DNA of 64,000 bases from Promethearchaeota archaeon (GTDB taxonomy: Archaea > Asgardarchaeota > Lokiarchaeia > Sigyniarchaeales > SOKP01), in assembly GCA_016839745.1 (NCBI GenBank), contig JAEOTS010000045.1, positions 15,750-79,749 on the forward strand, read 5' to 3'. The notes beneath the pieces were generated by a model, which ran no database searches, was not told where the DNA came from, and worked only from the letters and a program-made list of their open reading frames with translations. How positions within the stretch are numbered: the first letter of the stretch is position 1; every line of letters begins with the position of its first letter. Of the stretch, positions 50,555 through 60,570 are shown one piece after another. Made by a program: the position numbers and the translations under genes.

Positions 50555-50709
50555 TTTCTATAAATTCTTTTTTTTATTAGCTTTAATAATATATATTAAA
50601 CTTCTTATTAATATAGTTTACAATTTTCTTTAAGACTATTTTAAACCCAATAGAAAAGTTTAGAATCTGTGTTTGATATTACATAAATAGCTAGTTTCAA
50701 TACTTATAA

Positions 50710-51687
50710 TTGAAAAATCTCCGAAAAATGCCGCTACAACCAGAACATCTTGACAAATTCTTAGAGGAAGAGATCGATACTAAGTTTAAATCAGAATTAT
50801 TAGAACTTTTAAGAAAAAGAATCGATAATCTATGTTTTAAAGAGTGTGAGATCGATAGAATCCAGTGTACATTAACTCCACTCTGCACACATAGAGCCTT
50901 ATTAAAGCTTCGGTTATTAAATGGTCTTACTATTGAAGATCAGCCTACATTCTGTTATAGCGTTCATAAAAACATCATTTTTCGCGATTTTAGGAATAAA
51001 ACGGTAATTTACAAACCTAATGATGCTTACCTATATTTAGTAGATTTCTTTGATGTATTCTTTCACGGCGATTACAGAAAACTAAATAAGTTTTTTTCCA
51101 AGAAAGACTTTAAAGGAGCCAATAAAATTTTCGACGATAGAATAAATAATCGAGAAGAAGATTTTCAATATTTATTAACTGATGATCAAAATTTTATGAT
51201 ATTTAAATACGATGATAAAATCCATGTCTGTTTTATTACTGAAAATTACGCTCTCTGTAACGCAAACAGAGAAAACATTTCTGATTTAGAACTACTTTAT
51301 GGTTTATGTAAGATGTTTGCACAGATTTATTTTCCTGAAGTAGAGCTAAAACTAAACCACTCTAATTGTGTGGAAATTACAACAATTATTCCAAAAGATG
51401 CTCTTTCAAGAATTAGCAAAACACCCCCTACCGATGAAAATTCCAAACTCGATAACTATATTTGGAACGTATTTCCTGGAGAATTAGACGCGTTAAGTCA
51501 ATTTTGTAAGGAAATTAATATATATTTAGATAAGAAAGGAAACTTAGCAATAAAACTAAACATTGGTGTTGTACCAGAAGTTCGCATGAATAGATATTCA
51601 AGCGCATTGCTACGATATCGAGATTTAAGATTAGTATTCAACATTATATTTCGCCTGTACAATGATTTCTATATCTTACATGTGTAA
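50710..51687 (+). CDS. Hypothetical protein with N-terminal Cys cluster
   Basis: 325-aa ORF; CFKEC...C...C...C motif. Confidence 0.75.
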   Translation: MKNLRKMPLQPEHLDKFLEEEIDTKFKSELLELLRKRIDNLCFKECEIDRIQCTLTPLCTHRALLKLRLLNGLTIEDQPTFCYSVHKNIIFRDFRNKTVIYKPNDAYLYLVDFFDVFFHGDYRKLNKFFSKKDFKGANKIFDDRINNREEDFQYLLTDDQNFMIFKYDDKIHVCFITENYALCNANRENISDLELLYGLCKMFAQIYFPEVELKLNHSNCVEITTIIPKDALSRISKTPPTDENSKLDNYIWNVFPGELDALSQFCKEINIYLDKKGNLAIKLNIGVVPEVRMNRYSSALLRYRDLRLVFNIIFRLYNDFYILHV

Positions 51688-51722
51688 ATTTTAAATAAAT
51701 AAAAAATTAAATAATAAATACG

Positions 51723-52964
51723 TTGGTTAAAATGACTGAAAAAGACCAAGAGAATCCAGAAATCACGAAAATCAAGGATTTTGTAAAAGATGGAAGAATC
51801 GATGATGCTGTGAACATCATCGCACTATATCTTGGAGACTCTACTCAAGATGATTATCTTATTAGGTTAGAAGACATTATTGAAATGTTATTATTACTTC
51901 ATGGTGGAAGAACCGTTTTAAGGTTCTTAATAGAACGATTGATTATTGACATTCCGTCCTTATTAGAAAACCTTTCTAAACAAGATTCTGTTCTACGCTA
52001 TTCATTCTTGTTATTATTAAAAACATTATGCGAAAACGAATGTGATTTATTTCTACCTCATAGCGAGGATTTATTAAATTCAGACGATCCAAACGTAAGA
52101 GAGGCTATTCTACAGCTAATTATCTTTATGTCCGGAGGAGAGGCAGAAATTGAAGACGAATCGCTTATTAATAAGATTGCTTTTACGTTAGCCGATGAAC
52201 AAGAGTTTGTAGTTGAAAAAGCAACTCAAGCTTTGATATCTATAGGAAAAAAACACCCATTATGGGTCACCAAAGCAGTTACAAATATAGCTAAGGAAGA
52301 TCCCGAAAATGATATGTTAAAAAAATCAGTAGATTCCGTTCTAAAATCAATCGTTACTGTCGAAAAAATTGAAGAAATCAGAGAGGAAACTCCGTCAGAA
52401 GAGAAATTGATAGAAAGAGAAGAAATTGAGATAATTGATAAAGAACTTGAATTAAAGAAAAAAGGAATAGAAATCAAGAAAAAGAAGATAGAATTAGAAG
52501 AAAAGGAAAAGGAATTAGAAGAGAAAATTATATCTGAAAAGGAGAAAACACTTAAATTAAAAGAAGAAATACTTGAAAAAGAAACGGTTGTTCCACCAGA
52601 AGCGGATCTTATACCTAAAAAAGTTAAAAAACAATTGAAAAAGGAAGAATCAGATATTATCGACAAAGAGATCGAGCTTAAGAAGAAAGATTTGGAAATT
52701 AAAAAGAAAAAATTAGATTTAGAACTAAAAGAACGCGAAATTGAGGAAATGGCAATCGAGGAAAAAGAAAAAGCATTAAAAATAAAAGAAGAACTAATTG
52801 AAAAAGAAAGCGAATTATCTCAAGCAGAAATTGAATTAAAACAAAAGGTTATCAAAGAAAAGGAGCAGAAAATGATAGAAAGTGAAATCAAAAGAGCAGT
52901 AGAAGAGTTTATGGTTACTGATGATAAAGAAAAAGATGAGGAAAACAAAACAGAGAAAAATTAA
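51723..52964 (+). CDS. ARM/HEAT-like domain plus long E/K-rich helical tail
   Basis: LLNSDDPNVREA and LADEQEFVVEKA HEAT units; duplicated E/K-rich segment. Confidence 0.82.
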   Translation: MVKMTEKDQENPEITKIKDFVKDGRIDDAVNIIALYLGDSTQDDYLIRLEDIIEMLLLLHGGRTVLRFLIERLIIDIPSLLENLSKQDSVLRYSFLLLLKTLCENECDLFLPHSEDLLNSDDPNVREAILQLIIFMSGGEAEIEDESLINKIAFTLADEQEFVVEKATQALISIGKKHPLWVTKAVTNIAKEDPENDMLKKSVDSVLKSIVTVEKIEEIREETPSEEKLIEREEIEIIDKELELKKKGIEIKKKKIELEEKEKELEEKIISEKEKTLKLKEEILEKETVVPPEADLIPKKVKKQLKKEESDIIDKEIELKKKDLEIKKKKLDLELKEREIEEMAIEEKEKALKIKEELIEKESELSQAEIELKQKVIKEKEQKMIESEIKRAVEEFMVTDDKEKDEENKTEKN

Positions 52965-52980
52965 GCTTTTAAAAATCTTT

Positions 52981-53979
52981 CTAATTAATTTTATCTTCAG
53001 TTATCGGAGCAGTATATAATCTCTTTACTATTTTCCTAATCTCGTCCACTTTTACGCTATCGGCAGGTAAACCTTTTTGTATTGCTTTAGCAAGTCCGTA
53101 TGCAAGTTCAATATAATTTAAATCTTCCAAAAATTCGACGATTTGGATTTTGTAGTCGTTATCATTGACGCCCTCTCCGTATTCCATTAATTTTTCTTTT
53201 AGTAAAAGATCAATTTTGTCAGTTCTTTCGACGTGACGCACTTTTTTAACTAGTTGTTTAAATGAATTGAAGATATTGTAAAGTTCCGACTGAGGATAAT
53301 CGTCTATATTCCTTAAAACGTAGAATATAAATAGTTCGGCTTTTTCATATCGTTTTATTTTTAAACTTATTTCTAAGAGCTCGAGAAGCGCTTGTTCGTA
53401 AAGGAATTTACTTTCCATATTGGGCACAATTTTTTCAAAGATCCAATCAATCAAATTTGGTTGATTAAATCTTTCTATTACGTCAATAAGGAGTTTTATT
53501 ATAGAAAAATACAACTTAGCGTTTTCTGTTTTGGTAGCAGTCAAAAATGAAACTAAGGCATATTTAATCCTACCCATAGCATCATCTAAATTAACTGGAG
53601 TTTCAGCAAATTTGTAAAACGCAGATTCTAAAATGGGTTGTACTTTTTCTCGATTTTTAAAATCATAAATAAAATATTCGCTCCAATTTGGGGCGATTTT
53701 ATCCGGAGTTGTTTTTTCCTTTGCTTTTGCCGGGGCTTTTTCTAACGGCTTCGGTTTAGAGAGTTGAATTTTTTCAGAGAGATTCTTTGCTTCGGTCTCA
53801 GACAAAAATTCTAAAATTATTTTGTTTTTTTCAATAGGTACAATAAGTTTAAAAAAGATCTCTTCTGCTTCATCAAATAACGCTTCTCTCAATTCTTTTG
53901 GGAACGTAACACCAGTTTTAGTTTTTTTAATTACATCTTTAAAAAAGAAATCGTTATCTTGTTCCTTATCTTCTGCCAT
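52981..53979 (-). CDS. Hypothetical protein: AbrB/SpoVT-like N-terminus plus alpha-solenoid
   Basis: GVTFPKELREAL matches the AbrB-type motif; the rest is helical. Confidence 0.65.
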   Translation of the reverse strand: MAEDKEQDNDFFFKDVIKKTKTGVTFPKELREALFDEAEEIFFKLIVPIEKNKIILEFLSETEAKNLSEKIQLSKPKPLEKAPAKAKEKTTPDKIAPNWSEYFIYDFKNREKVQPILESAFYKFAETPVNLDDAMGRIKYALVSFLTATKTENAKLYFSIIKLLIDVIERFNQPNLIDWIFEKIVPNMESKFLYEQALLELLEISLKIKRYEKAELFIFYVLRNIDDYPQSELYNIFNSFKQLVKKVRHVERTDKIDLLLKEKLMEYGEGVNDNDYKIQIVEFLEDLNYIELAYGLAKAIQKGLPADSVKVDEIRKIVKRLYTAPITEDKIN

Positions 53980-54072
53980 AATTATTGTTAAGAAAAATAG
54001 TTTTTTAATTATATGTTGGAATACAATAAGAAGTTGTTAATAGGCAATTAAATCTTTGTTATGATAAAGGAA

Positions 54073-54675
54073 TTACCCCGTGACGTTTACTAATTCTACT
54101 CCTCGAATGTCGTAATTTTTATCGATGAAGCATAAGATTGCATGTCCTTTATGATTATAAACCAGTGGTACAGGATAAGACTCTGCATTATCTATAAAGC
54201 TTCTTTTAACGATTACTGGAAGTATAGTATTACAAACCATACATGGAACCTTAAGATCCATAACTGAATTTAGCGCGTTAAAGTTATTAATAATATTATC
54301 AATTTCATCTTTAAAGGAACTGAACATCGCGGTGGAGAAATTATCGTATTTTATATAAGACTCAATGTCATATATTTCGTTAAAAACCACAGAAACTTGC
54401 TCAATTAGAGCTTCTAACAATTGAAATTGAACATCATTATTGGAGCCTGCAGTATAAATCAAGTTTTTCAATCGAATATGGACAATTTTCATGTTCCCTT
54501 TAAAGAGATGAAAAAAGATATTGCTTATAGGATTTTGTTTTACAACATTTAGGTCTAGAATATAACTCTTATATGACTTCGGTGGTTTCCATTCAAAAAT
54601 TGTGAAAGTATCCGTACTAATGTTAATAAATTCGAGATTTTGCAAAATTCGTGAATAATCTGCCATAATAATCAA
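54073..54675 (-). CDS. Longin-like domain protein with C-terminal Zn-binding module
   Basis: Longin-like topology ending FSSFKDEIDNII; CMVC...HKGHA...IDKNYDIRG. Confidence 0.6.
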   Translation of the reverse strand: MIIMADYSRILQNLEFINISTDTFTIFEWKPPKSYKSYILDLNVVKQNPISNIFFHLFKGNMKIVHIRLKNLIYTAGSNNDVQFQLLEALIEQVSVVFNEIYDIESYIKYDNFSTAMFSSFKDEIDNIINNFNALNSVMDLKVPCMVCNTILPVIVKRSFIDNAESYPVPLVYNHKGHAILCFIDKNYDIRGVELVNVTG

Positions 54676-54916
54676 GAAAAGTTTGTATTTTATACTGCTT
54701 TATTTGTTTAAATATATCTTTAATGCAGAAAATTAATTAAAAATTTATAAATATTACAAGTAAATTCTAGTAATTATATCTGAGCTTTCCTATTTAATCT
54801 TTTATAGGTAAGTATATAAAAATATTTTTGCTATTTAATTTAAATAATTATATAGAAAGATTTTTTTATTACCTAAAACATTACAATAGCTATTAAAAAA
54901 TTATAAATCCTAACTC

Positions 54917-55747
54917 ATGAGTTTTGCGAATATAAACGGTGTAAAGCTATCATATAGAATTTATGGTAAAGGTTTTCCTGTTATCTTCATACACGGGTAC
55001 GGTGCGAAAAAGGAGATATGGAAACCTCAAGTATTAGAAATTAGTAGAAGATTTAAAGCGATAACTTTTGACTTACGAGGAACTGGAGAAAGTGACAGAC
55101 CAAATATACCTTACACTATGAAGATGATGGCCGAAGATGTCAATGGATTAGCAGAGTTTTTAAATATAAAAAAAGCTCATATTATTGGAAGATCTTTCGG
55201 AGGCATGATTGTCCAAAATTTTGCTCTTATCTATCCAGAAAAAGTTGACAAGCTAGTGTTAATTGCTACTAATTACGGTAGAACTGACATTGGGTGGGTT
55301 GAAATACCCAAAAATGGCCAACTTGAAGAAGTAGAAACCTTAAAACACGACCCATTGAAGGCGTTCAAACAAAAATCAAAATGGCTTTTTCATATAAAGT
55401 TTAGAAAAGAAATGGAAGCAAACCCAACCAAAAAATTTTATGATATCTTTTCAATGGAAGATTTAATTCGAGAAAGTACGGTCAATCCTTCAAGACCGCA
55501 GGACATATTAAATCAAGCAGAAGCTATGAAAACACATTATACTTTGGATAGATTAGGTGAAATTAAATGCAAAACTCTACTTATTGCCGCTTCGCACGAT
55601 AGACTAACACCTGTTTCAGTCATGGTTGAAATGAATAATAGAATTCCTAATAGTGATCTAAAAATCATAAATGAAGCGGGCCATTTTATGACTCTCTCAA
55701 GAGCTCCGGAAGTGAATAAGTTAATTCTTGAATTCTTGGACGATTAA
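54917..55747 (+). CDS. Alpha/beta hydrolase
   Basis: FIHG, DLRGTGES, GRSFGG nucleophile elbow, D (SHD), H (AGH). Confidence 0.93.
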   Translation: MSFANINGVKLSYRIYGKGFPVIFIHGYGAKKEIWKPQVLEISRRFKAITFDLRGTGESDRPNIPYTMKMMAEDVNGLAEFLNIKKAHIIGRSFGGMIVQNFALIYPEKVDKLVLIATNYGRTDIGWVEIPKNGQLEEVETLKHDPLKAFKQKSKWLFHIKFRKEMEANPTKKFYDIFSMEDLIRESTVNPSRPQDILNQAEAMKTHYTLDRLGEIKCKTLLIAASHDRLTPVSVMVEMNNRIPNSDLKIINEAGHFMTLSRAPEVNKLILEFLDD

Positions 55748-55858
55748 TTATTTTATTCTATTTATTTGTGAATGTGGACATTCTTGTGAGAAAACATGAG
55801 AAGATTTTTATATACTTAACTTGAAATTCTTAATATATTCTCCATTAAAACTTTTAAT

Positions 55859-57559
55859 ATGAATGATATGAAAGATTACTCAGAATGGAAGCCAATTTAT
55901 GATTATGAAAACGAATCTCCTCATTTAGAAAATGTAAATAGGCCATGGTTAAAATTTAGACCAGGAAATGTACCAAAATCGATAATATTTGATCCTATAC
56001 CGGTTCATGAATTAATAAAACTATCAGCTAAAACCTTTCCTAACAATATATGTGTTTATAATAAACCAGCTGATAAAAAATATACCTATCGCGAATTAAT
56101 AGCTATCTCTGATAAGGTTGGAAACGCTTTGATTCAATTGGGAGTAAAAAAAGGAGAACCAATAGGCATTATGACTTCTAATTGCCCAGAATTCATTTTC
56201 TGTTGTATTGGAATTATGGAAACAGGGGCTATTGTAGTTCCAATTAATCCCTTACTTAAGGAAAGCGATGTAGCGCACATTATTCGGGAATCCCGGAATA
56301 TGAAAATTGCATTTGTCCACAAAGGAAACTTTAGAACAATGAAAAAGGTTCAGAAAGAGATTAAAATCGAAACTATAATTTTACTCCAAGCAGATATAGC
56401 AAAAGAAGGCACTACAACATTTGAAGATTTTATAGAGGATGTGACCCCAATTCCTCCAAATATAGAATTAGATCCCTCAGAGAATCTTGCTGCTTTATTG
56501 TTTACCGGTGGAACTACAGGGTTACCCAAAGGTGTTATGCTAACTCACACAAATCTGGTATTTTGTACCCTCTCATATCTCCTAATGGGCGGAGAACCTG
56601 AAGAAGGGATGAGTTCTTTTGGTAAAACGGTTAATCTCTCTGTGTTGCCATTATGCCACTCCTTTGGTTTTCTAGTTTCAATTATTGCATTATATGGAGC
56701 TGCTATGCTGGTTATTTTTGACTCTTTTAATCCCCCTGTAATACTAGAAGCTATTGAATATTTTAAAGTAAAAAATTTTATTGGAGTTCCTGCAATGTAT
56801 CAAATGTTAGTAAATGCCCCTGATTTCACTGAACGTGATCTTTCCAGCCTAGAAGAAGCAAATTCTGGTACCGCGGCTTTAGCTCCAGAATTAGCAAAAA
56901 GATGGGAAGAAGTGGTAGGTATTAAAGTAGGACAAGGTTTCGGTTTAACTGAGACTTCACCAATTACGCACATACCCGCTAAATGGATGCCTGAAATTCG
57001 ATCAGAAAGTATTGGGATACCAATCATTGATACAGACGTTAAAATCGTTGACCCAGACTCTTTGACTGAGCTTAAGCCAGGAGAGATTGGAGAGATTTTA
57101 ATTAAGGGTCCTCAAGTAATGAAGGGATATTGGAGGAATCCTGAAGCGACTAAAAAGACTATTGTAAACGGCTGGCTACGGACTGGTGATTTAGCTAGAA
57201 TGGATGAACAAGGATATTTCTACATAGAGGGTCGCGCGAAGGATATTATTAAATATAAAGGTTATAAAGTGATGCCTCGTGAAGTAGAAGAAAAATTATA
57301 CGAACATCCCGCTATTCACGAAGTTGGCGTAGTATCAGCCCCGGATTCAAATATTGGCGAAACAATCAAAGCCTATGTAGTATTAAAACCAGAATGCAAA
57401 GATGGAAAAATAACAGAACGAAATATTATCGATTGGGCTAAAGAACGATTGGCAGCTTACAAATATCCCCGCCAAGTCGAATTTATAAATATTTTGCCTC
57501 GAACAGCTGTAGGAAAAATATTCCGTAGAAAGTTAAGAGAAAGGGCGATGAAAGGTTAA
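55859..57559 (+). CDS. Long-chain fatty acid--CoA ligase (AMP-binding)
   Basis: FTGGTTGLPKG, GFGLTE, GPQVMKGYW, TGD, PRTAVGK. Confidence 0.93.
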   Translation: MNDMKDYSEWKPIYDYENESPHLENVNRPWLKFRPGNVPKSIIFDPIPVHELIKLSAKTFPNNICVYNKPADKKYTYRELIAISDKVGNALIQLGVKKGEPIGIMTSNCPEFIFCCIGIMETGAIVVPINPLLKESDVAHIIRESRNMKIAFVHKGNFRTMKKVQKEIKIETIILLQADIAKEGTTTFEDFIEDVTPIPPNIELDPSENLAALLFTGGTTGLPKGVMLTHTNLVFCTLSYLLMGGEPEEGMSSFGKTVNLSVLPLCHSFGFLVSIIALYGAAMLVIFDSFNPPVILEAIEYFKVKNFIGVPAMYQMLVNAPDFTERDLSSLEEANSGTAALAPELAKRWEEVVGIKVGQGFGLTETSPITHIPAKWMPEIRSESIGIPIIDTDVKIVDPDSLTELKPGEIGEILIKGPQVMKGYWRNPEATKKTIVNGWLRTGDLARMDEQGYFYIEGRAKDIIKYKGYKVMPREVEEKLYEHPAIHEVGVVSAPDSNIGETIKAYVVLKPECKDGKITERNIIDWAKERLAAYKYPRQVEFINILPRTAVGKIFRRKLRERAMKG

Positions 57560-57618
57560 AAAATAAGCTTTTAAAATTTTATTACCTATTTTGATATATA
57601 TGAGAACCAAGTAAAAAT

Positions 57619-59046
57619 GTGAAAATTATGAATAAGGAAGAGATATGTTTCATGTCAGCTTACGACATGGTTAATGCTATTACAAACCAAGAAATTACCT
57701 CAGAAGAAATAACTGAAACGATTATAGAAAGGATTGAAAAAATCAATCCTAGAATAAATGCATATTGCACTACGACCTTTGAAATGGCGCGAGAAATGGC
57801 AAAACGCGCTGATAAAAGGGTAAAGAATGGAGCAAATATCGGAATTCTAAATGGAGTACCTACATCAATAAAAGACCTTATGGCAGTTGAAGGTGTTAGA
57901 ACTACATATGGTTCTAAAATGTATGAAAATAATGTTGCTACAGAGGATTCCATCGTGGTAAAACGATTAAAAGATGCAGGATGCGTAATACTAGGAAAAA
58001 CGAATACCCCTGAATTCGGACATAAAGGTGTAACTGATAATTTAATATTTGGTCCAACACTTAATCCTTGGAACTTAGAAAGAACTTCCGGTGGATCGAG
58101 TGGTGGAGCGGCAGCTTCCGTTGTTTCGGGAATGGGACCTCTAGCTCAGGGGTCAGATGGTGGAGGATCAATACGCCATCCGGCATGTTTTTGTGGTGTT
58201 TACGGGATAAAACCGTCTTTTGGGAGAGTCCCAAGATATCCAAGATTGTTTATTTCTGCTCAAGACTGTTCCGCTACAGGAGCTCTAGTAAATTATACAT
58301 CTGACGCTGCTCTCATGCTCGATGCTATAAAAGGGCCTTTTGAAGGCGATAGATTCTCGCTTCCTGCTGATAATATTAAATATATTGAGCATTACAATGA
58401 AATTCCTAATAAATTGAGAATAGGCTATTCGTTTGATCTAGGATTTGCAAAAATTGTGCAAAGTGACATTAAAGAAAGTGTGATGAAAGCTATTAACAAA
58501 TTCTCTCAATTTGATTGGGTTATAGAAAAAGTCAAAATTAAAAGAACTCGGGTTTCAGAAGCATTCAGCATCAATTGGTTAGTTACTTTTGCTTATGAAC
58601 TTCAACCATTCCTAGAGAAATGGAAAGATAATATGGATCCTAATTTAGTAAAATGGGTTGAAACAGGTTTAAGCTATCCAGCTTCATCATTGCCTAGTTC
58701 AATGATGACGAGAGAGAAATTCTATAGAGAACTCTATAAAACTTTCCAAAATTACGATGTTTTAATTACTCCTACTACAGCCGTGACAGCTTTCGGTCTT
58801 GGAATTACAGCTCCGAAGACTATTGAGGGGAGAGGAGTATCTCCTACTGGGTGGCAACCATTTACTTTCCCATTTAATTTTACTGGACATCCTGCTGCCT
58901 CAATTCCTTGTGGATTTGACCGCGATGGATTACCAATTGGTATGCAAATTGTTGGAAGAATGTTCGATGAATTAACAGTCTTACAAATTTCAAAAGCTTT
59001 TGAAGAAATGGCACCTTGGCAAAATAGGAGACCAACCTTTAATTAA
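57619..59046 (+). CDS. Amidase signature family protein
   Basis: SIKD, GKTNTPEFG, GGSSGG, GSDGGGSIRHPA, GLPIGMQIVG. Confidence 0.93.
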   Translation: MKIMNKEEICFMSAYDMVNAITNQEITSEEITETIIERIEKINPRINAYCTTTFEMAREMAKRADKRVKNGANIGILNGVPTSIKDLMAVEGVRTTYGSKMYENNVATEDSIVVKRLKDAGCVILGKTNTPEFGHKGVTDNLIFGPTLNPWNLERTSGGSSGGAAASVVSGMGPLAQGSDGGGSIRHPACFCGVYGIKPSFGRVPRYPRLFISAQDCSATGALVNYTSDAALMLDAIKGPFEGDRFSLPADNIKYIEHYNEIPNKLRIGYSFDLGFAKIVQSDIKESVMKAINKFSQFDWVIEKVKIKRTRVSEAFSINWLVTFAYELQPFLEKWKDNMDPNLVKWVETGLSYPASSLPSSMMTREKFYRELYKTFQNYDVLITPTTAVTAFGLGITAPKTIEGRGVSPTGWQPFTFPFNFTGHPAASIPCGFDRDGLPIGMQIVGRMFDELTVLQISKAFEEMAPWQNRRPTFN

Positions 59047-59158
59047 ATCGGACTAAATTATTTTTCTCTTTTTTTTTTGTCGAAATATCTTTAAAATAAA
59101 ATCGAATATAATTAATTAACTTGGTAGTCATGAAATAAAACCCTTACTAAATAAAACC

Positions 59159-60001
59159 ATGAATAAAAAACATCTGAGGAAGGAGATAACAGATTTTCAA
59201 CCAACTCAGAGAGCACCGGAATATAACAATTTGGAATTTACGGTATTACTGGTAAGGCCAGAACACGCGGGAAACATTGGATCTATAGCCCGACTCATGA
59301 AAAACTTCAACTTTGTTAATTTAGTTGTATTTAATCCTGTTGAGAGTGCAGAAATCATACGGAGCCATCATACCCAAGGATTTGCTATGCATGGTAAAGA
59401 TATCCTTTTAAACGCAGAAATTATAGAACTTAAAAGCCAAAATACCCACTTAGATAAATACAAAGAATTACTTCAAAAATTTGATTTAGTAATTGCATCA
59501 ACAGCTAAAGGAATGCATTATAAGAACATAAGAAGGTTAGCTACCTTTCCTGCAGAATTAATTCTACCTATTTCAGAAAATCCAATAACTATTGCTTTAG
59601 TATTCGGGAAGGAATCACGGGGACTTACTAACGAAGAAATAGAATTTGCTGATTTATTACTTAGAATACCCTCTGAAAATGCTTATCCTACTTTGAATCT
59701 TTCTCACGCTTGTGGAATTATTCTGTATGAAATCTATAATAAAATACATAATGTCGCAATAGGAAGAGGAATCAAACCAGTATTATTAGCAAATAAAAAC
59801 GATAAACAACTCCTTTATAATAGCATAAAAAGTTTAAGTAAAAGTCTCAAAATTCGCCCATACATTGCTGAAAATGTTTTCTTTTCTTTTAAAAATGTGT
59901 TTGAACGAGCCTTTATTTCAAAAAAAGAGCTAAACTTAATTTTAAGCGTGTTCTCAAAATTGAACTCTCTCTTAAAGAAAGGAAAAATATATGAGGAATA
60001 A
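59159..60001 (+). CDS. trmJ: SPOUT RNA methyltransferase, TrmJ/LasT family
   Basis: LVRPEHAGNIGSIARLMKNF, VFGKESRGLTNEE, YPTLNLSHA. Confidence 0.88.
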   Translation: MNKKHLRKEITDFQPTQRAPEYNNLEFTVLLVRPEHAGNIGSIARLMKNFNFVNLVVFNPVESAEIIRSHHTQGFAMHGKDILLNAEIIELKSQNTHLDKYKELLQKFDLVIASTAKGMHYKNIRRLATFPAELILPISENPITIALVFGKESRGLTNEEIEFADLLLRIPSENAYPTLNLSHACGIILYEIYNKIHNVAIGRGIKPVLLANKNDKQLLYNSIKSLSKSLKIRPYIAENVFFSFKNVFERAFISKKELNLILSVFSKLNSLLKKGKIYEE

Positions 60002-60012
60002 ATTAATATTTT

Positions 60013-60210
60013 CTAAACTGCTTGATAATAACGTGGTTTCTGGTTAGCATAGATTACTATCTTTTCAGGTGTATCATTCACAATTCTTCTAATGACTTTG
60101 GCAAGGGCGTTGTGTGTGTCGTATCCCATAGCGCTTGCCCATTCACTGGCGGTACATCTTCCTAATTCTTTTAATTTATCTAAACAAATCTGCTCATAAG
60201 TCCTTGGAAT
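60013..60210 (-). CDS. Small winged-helix protein (65 aa), probable ATT start, not in track
   Basis: Hand translation: (I/M)PRTYEQICLDKLKELGRCTASEWASAMGYDTHNALAKVIRRIVNDTPEKIVIYANQKPRYYQAV*; in-frame stop upstream with no ATG. Confidence 0.6.
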   Translation of the reverse strand: MPRTYEQICLDKLKELGRCTASEWASAMGYDTHNALAKVIRRIVNDTPEKIVIYANQKPRYYQAV

Positions 60211-60570
60211 TACCTTCTTTACCTTTAAAATTGATGATTACCTCCAATTTAACTTGTTCTATTATTTTATTCTAATTTATTTAGAAAAACACTTATTCTA
60301 TGAAAGATTTATATGATATTGTTATCAACCCTACTCCAGATAATAAGATTAGTGGCAACATTACATCTTTGCTATAATTATGGCGTTGTCTCCTAGTATT
60401 CCAATGTATTATCTATCTTGAATAAAAATTAGATCTGAGGTTATTTAAAGCATGATGTTAGACATTTGTAGAGGATTACATAGTTTCTGTATAAGGATTT
60501 AAATTAACCCACTTTTCAAACCCAAATAATTTTTGATAGAATTATCGCCAAAAACAAGCTTTTCTTGACA

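Noticed and set aside
1312-58304. Numerous short antisense or alternate-frame ORFs in the track (e.g. 9522-10013, 17260-17736, 49020-49466, 52226-52666)
   Set aside because: They overlap well-supported genes and have shadow-ORF composition with no motifs.
57619-59046. gatA (Glu-tRNA amidotransferase subunit A)
   Set aside because: No gatB/gatC neighbours; context (hydrolase, acyl-CoA ligase) and sequence fit a general amidase.
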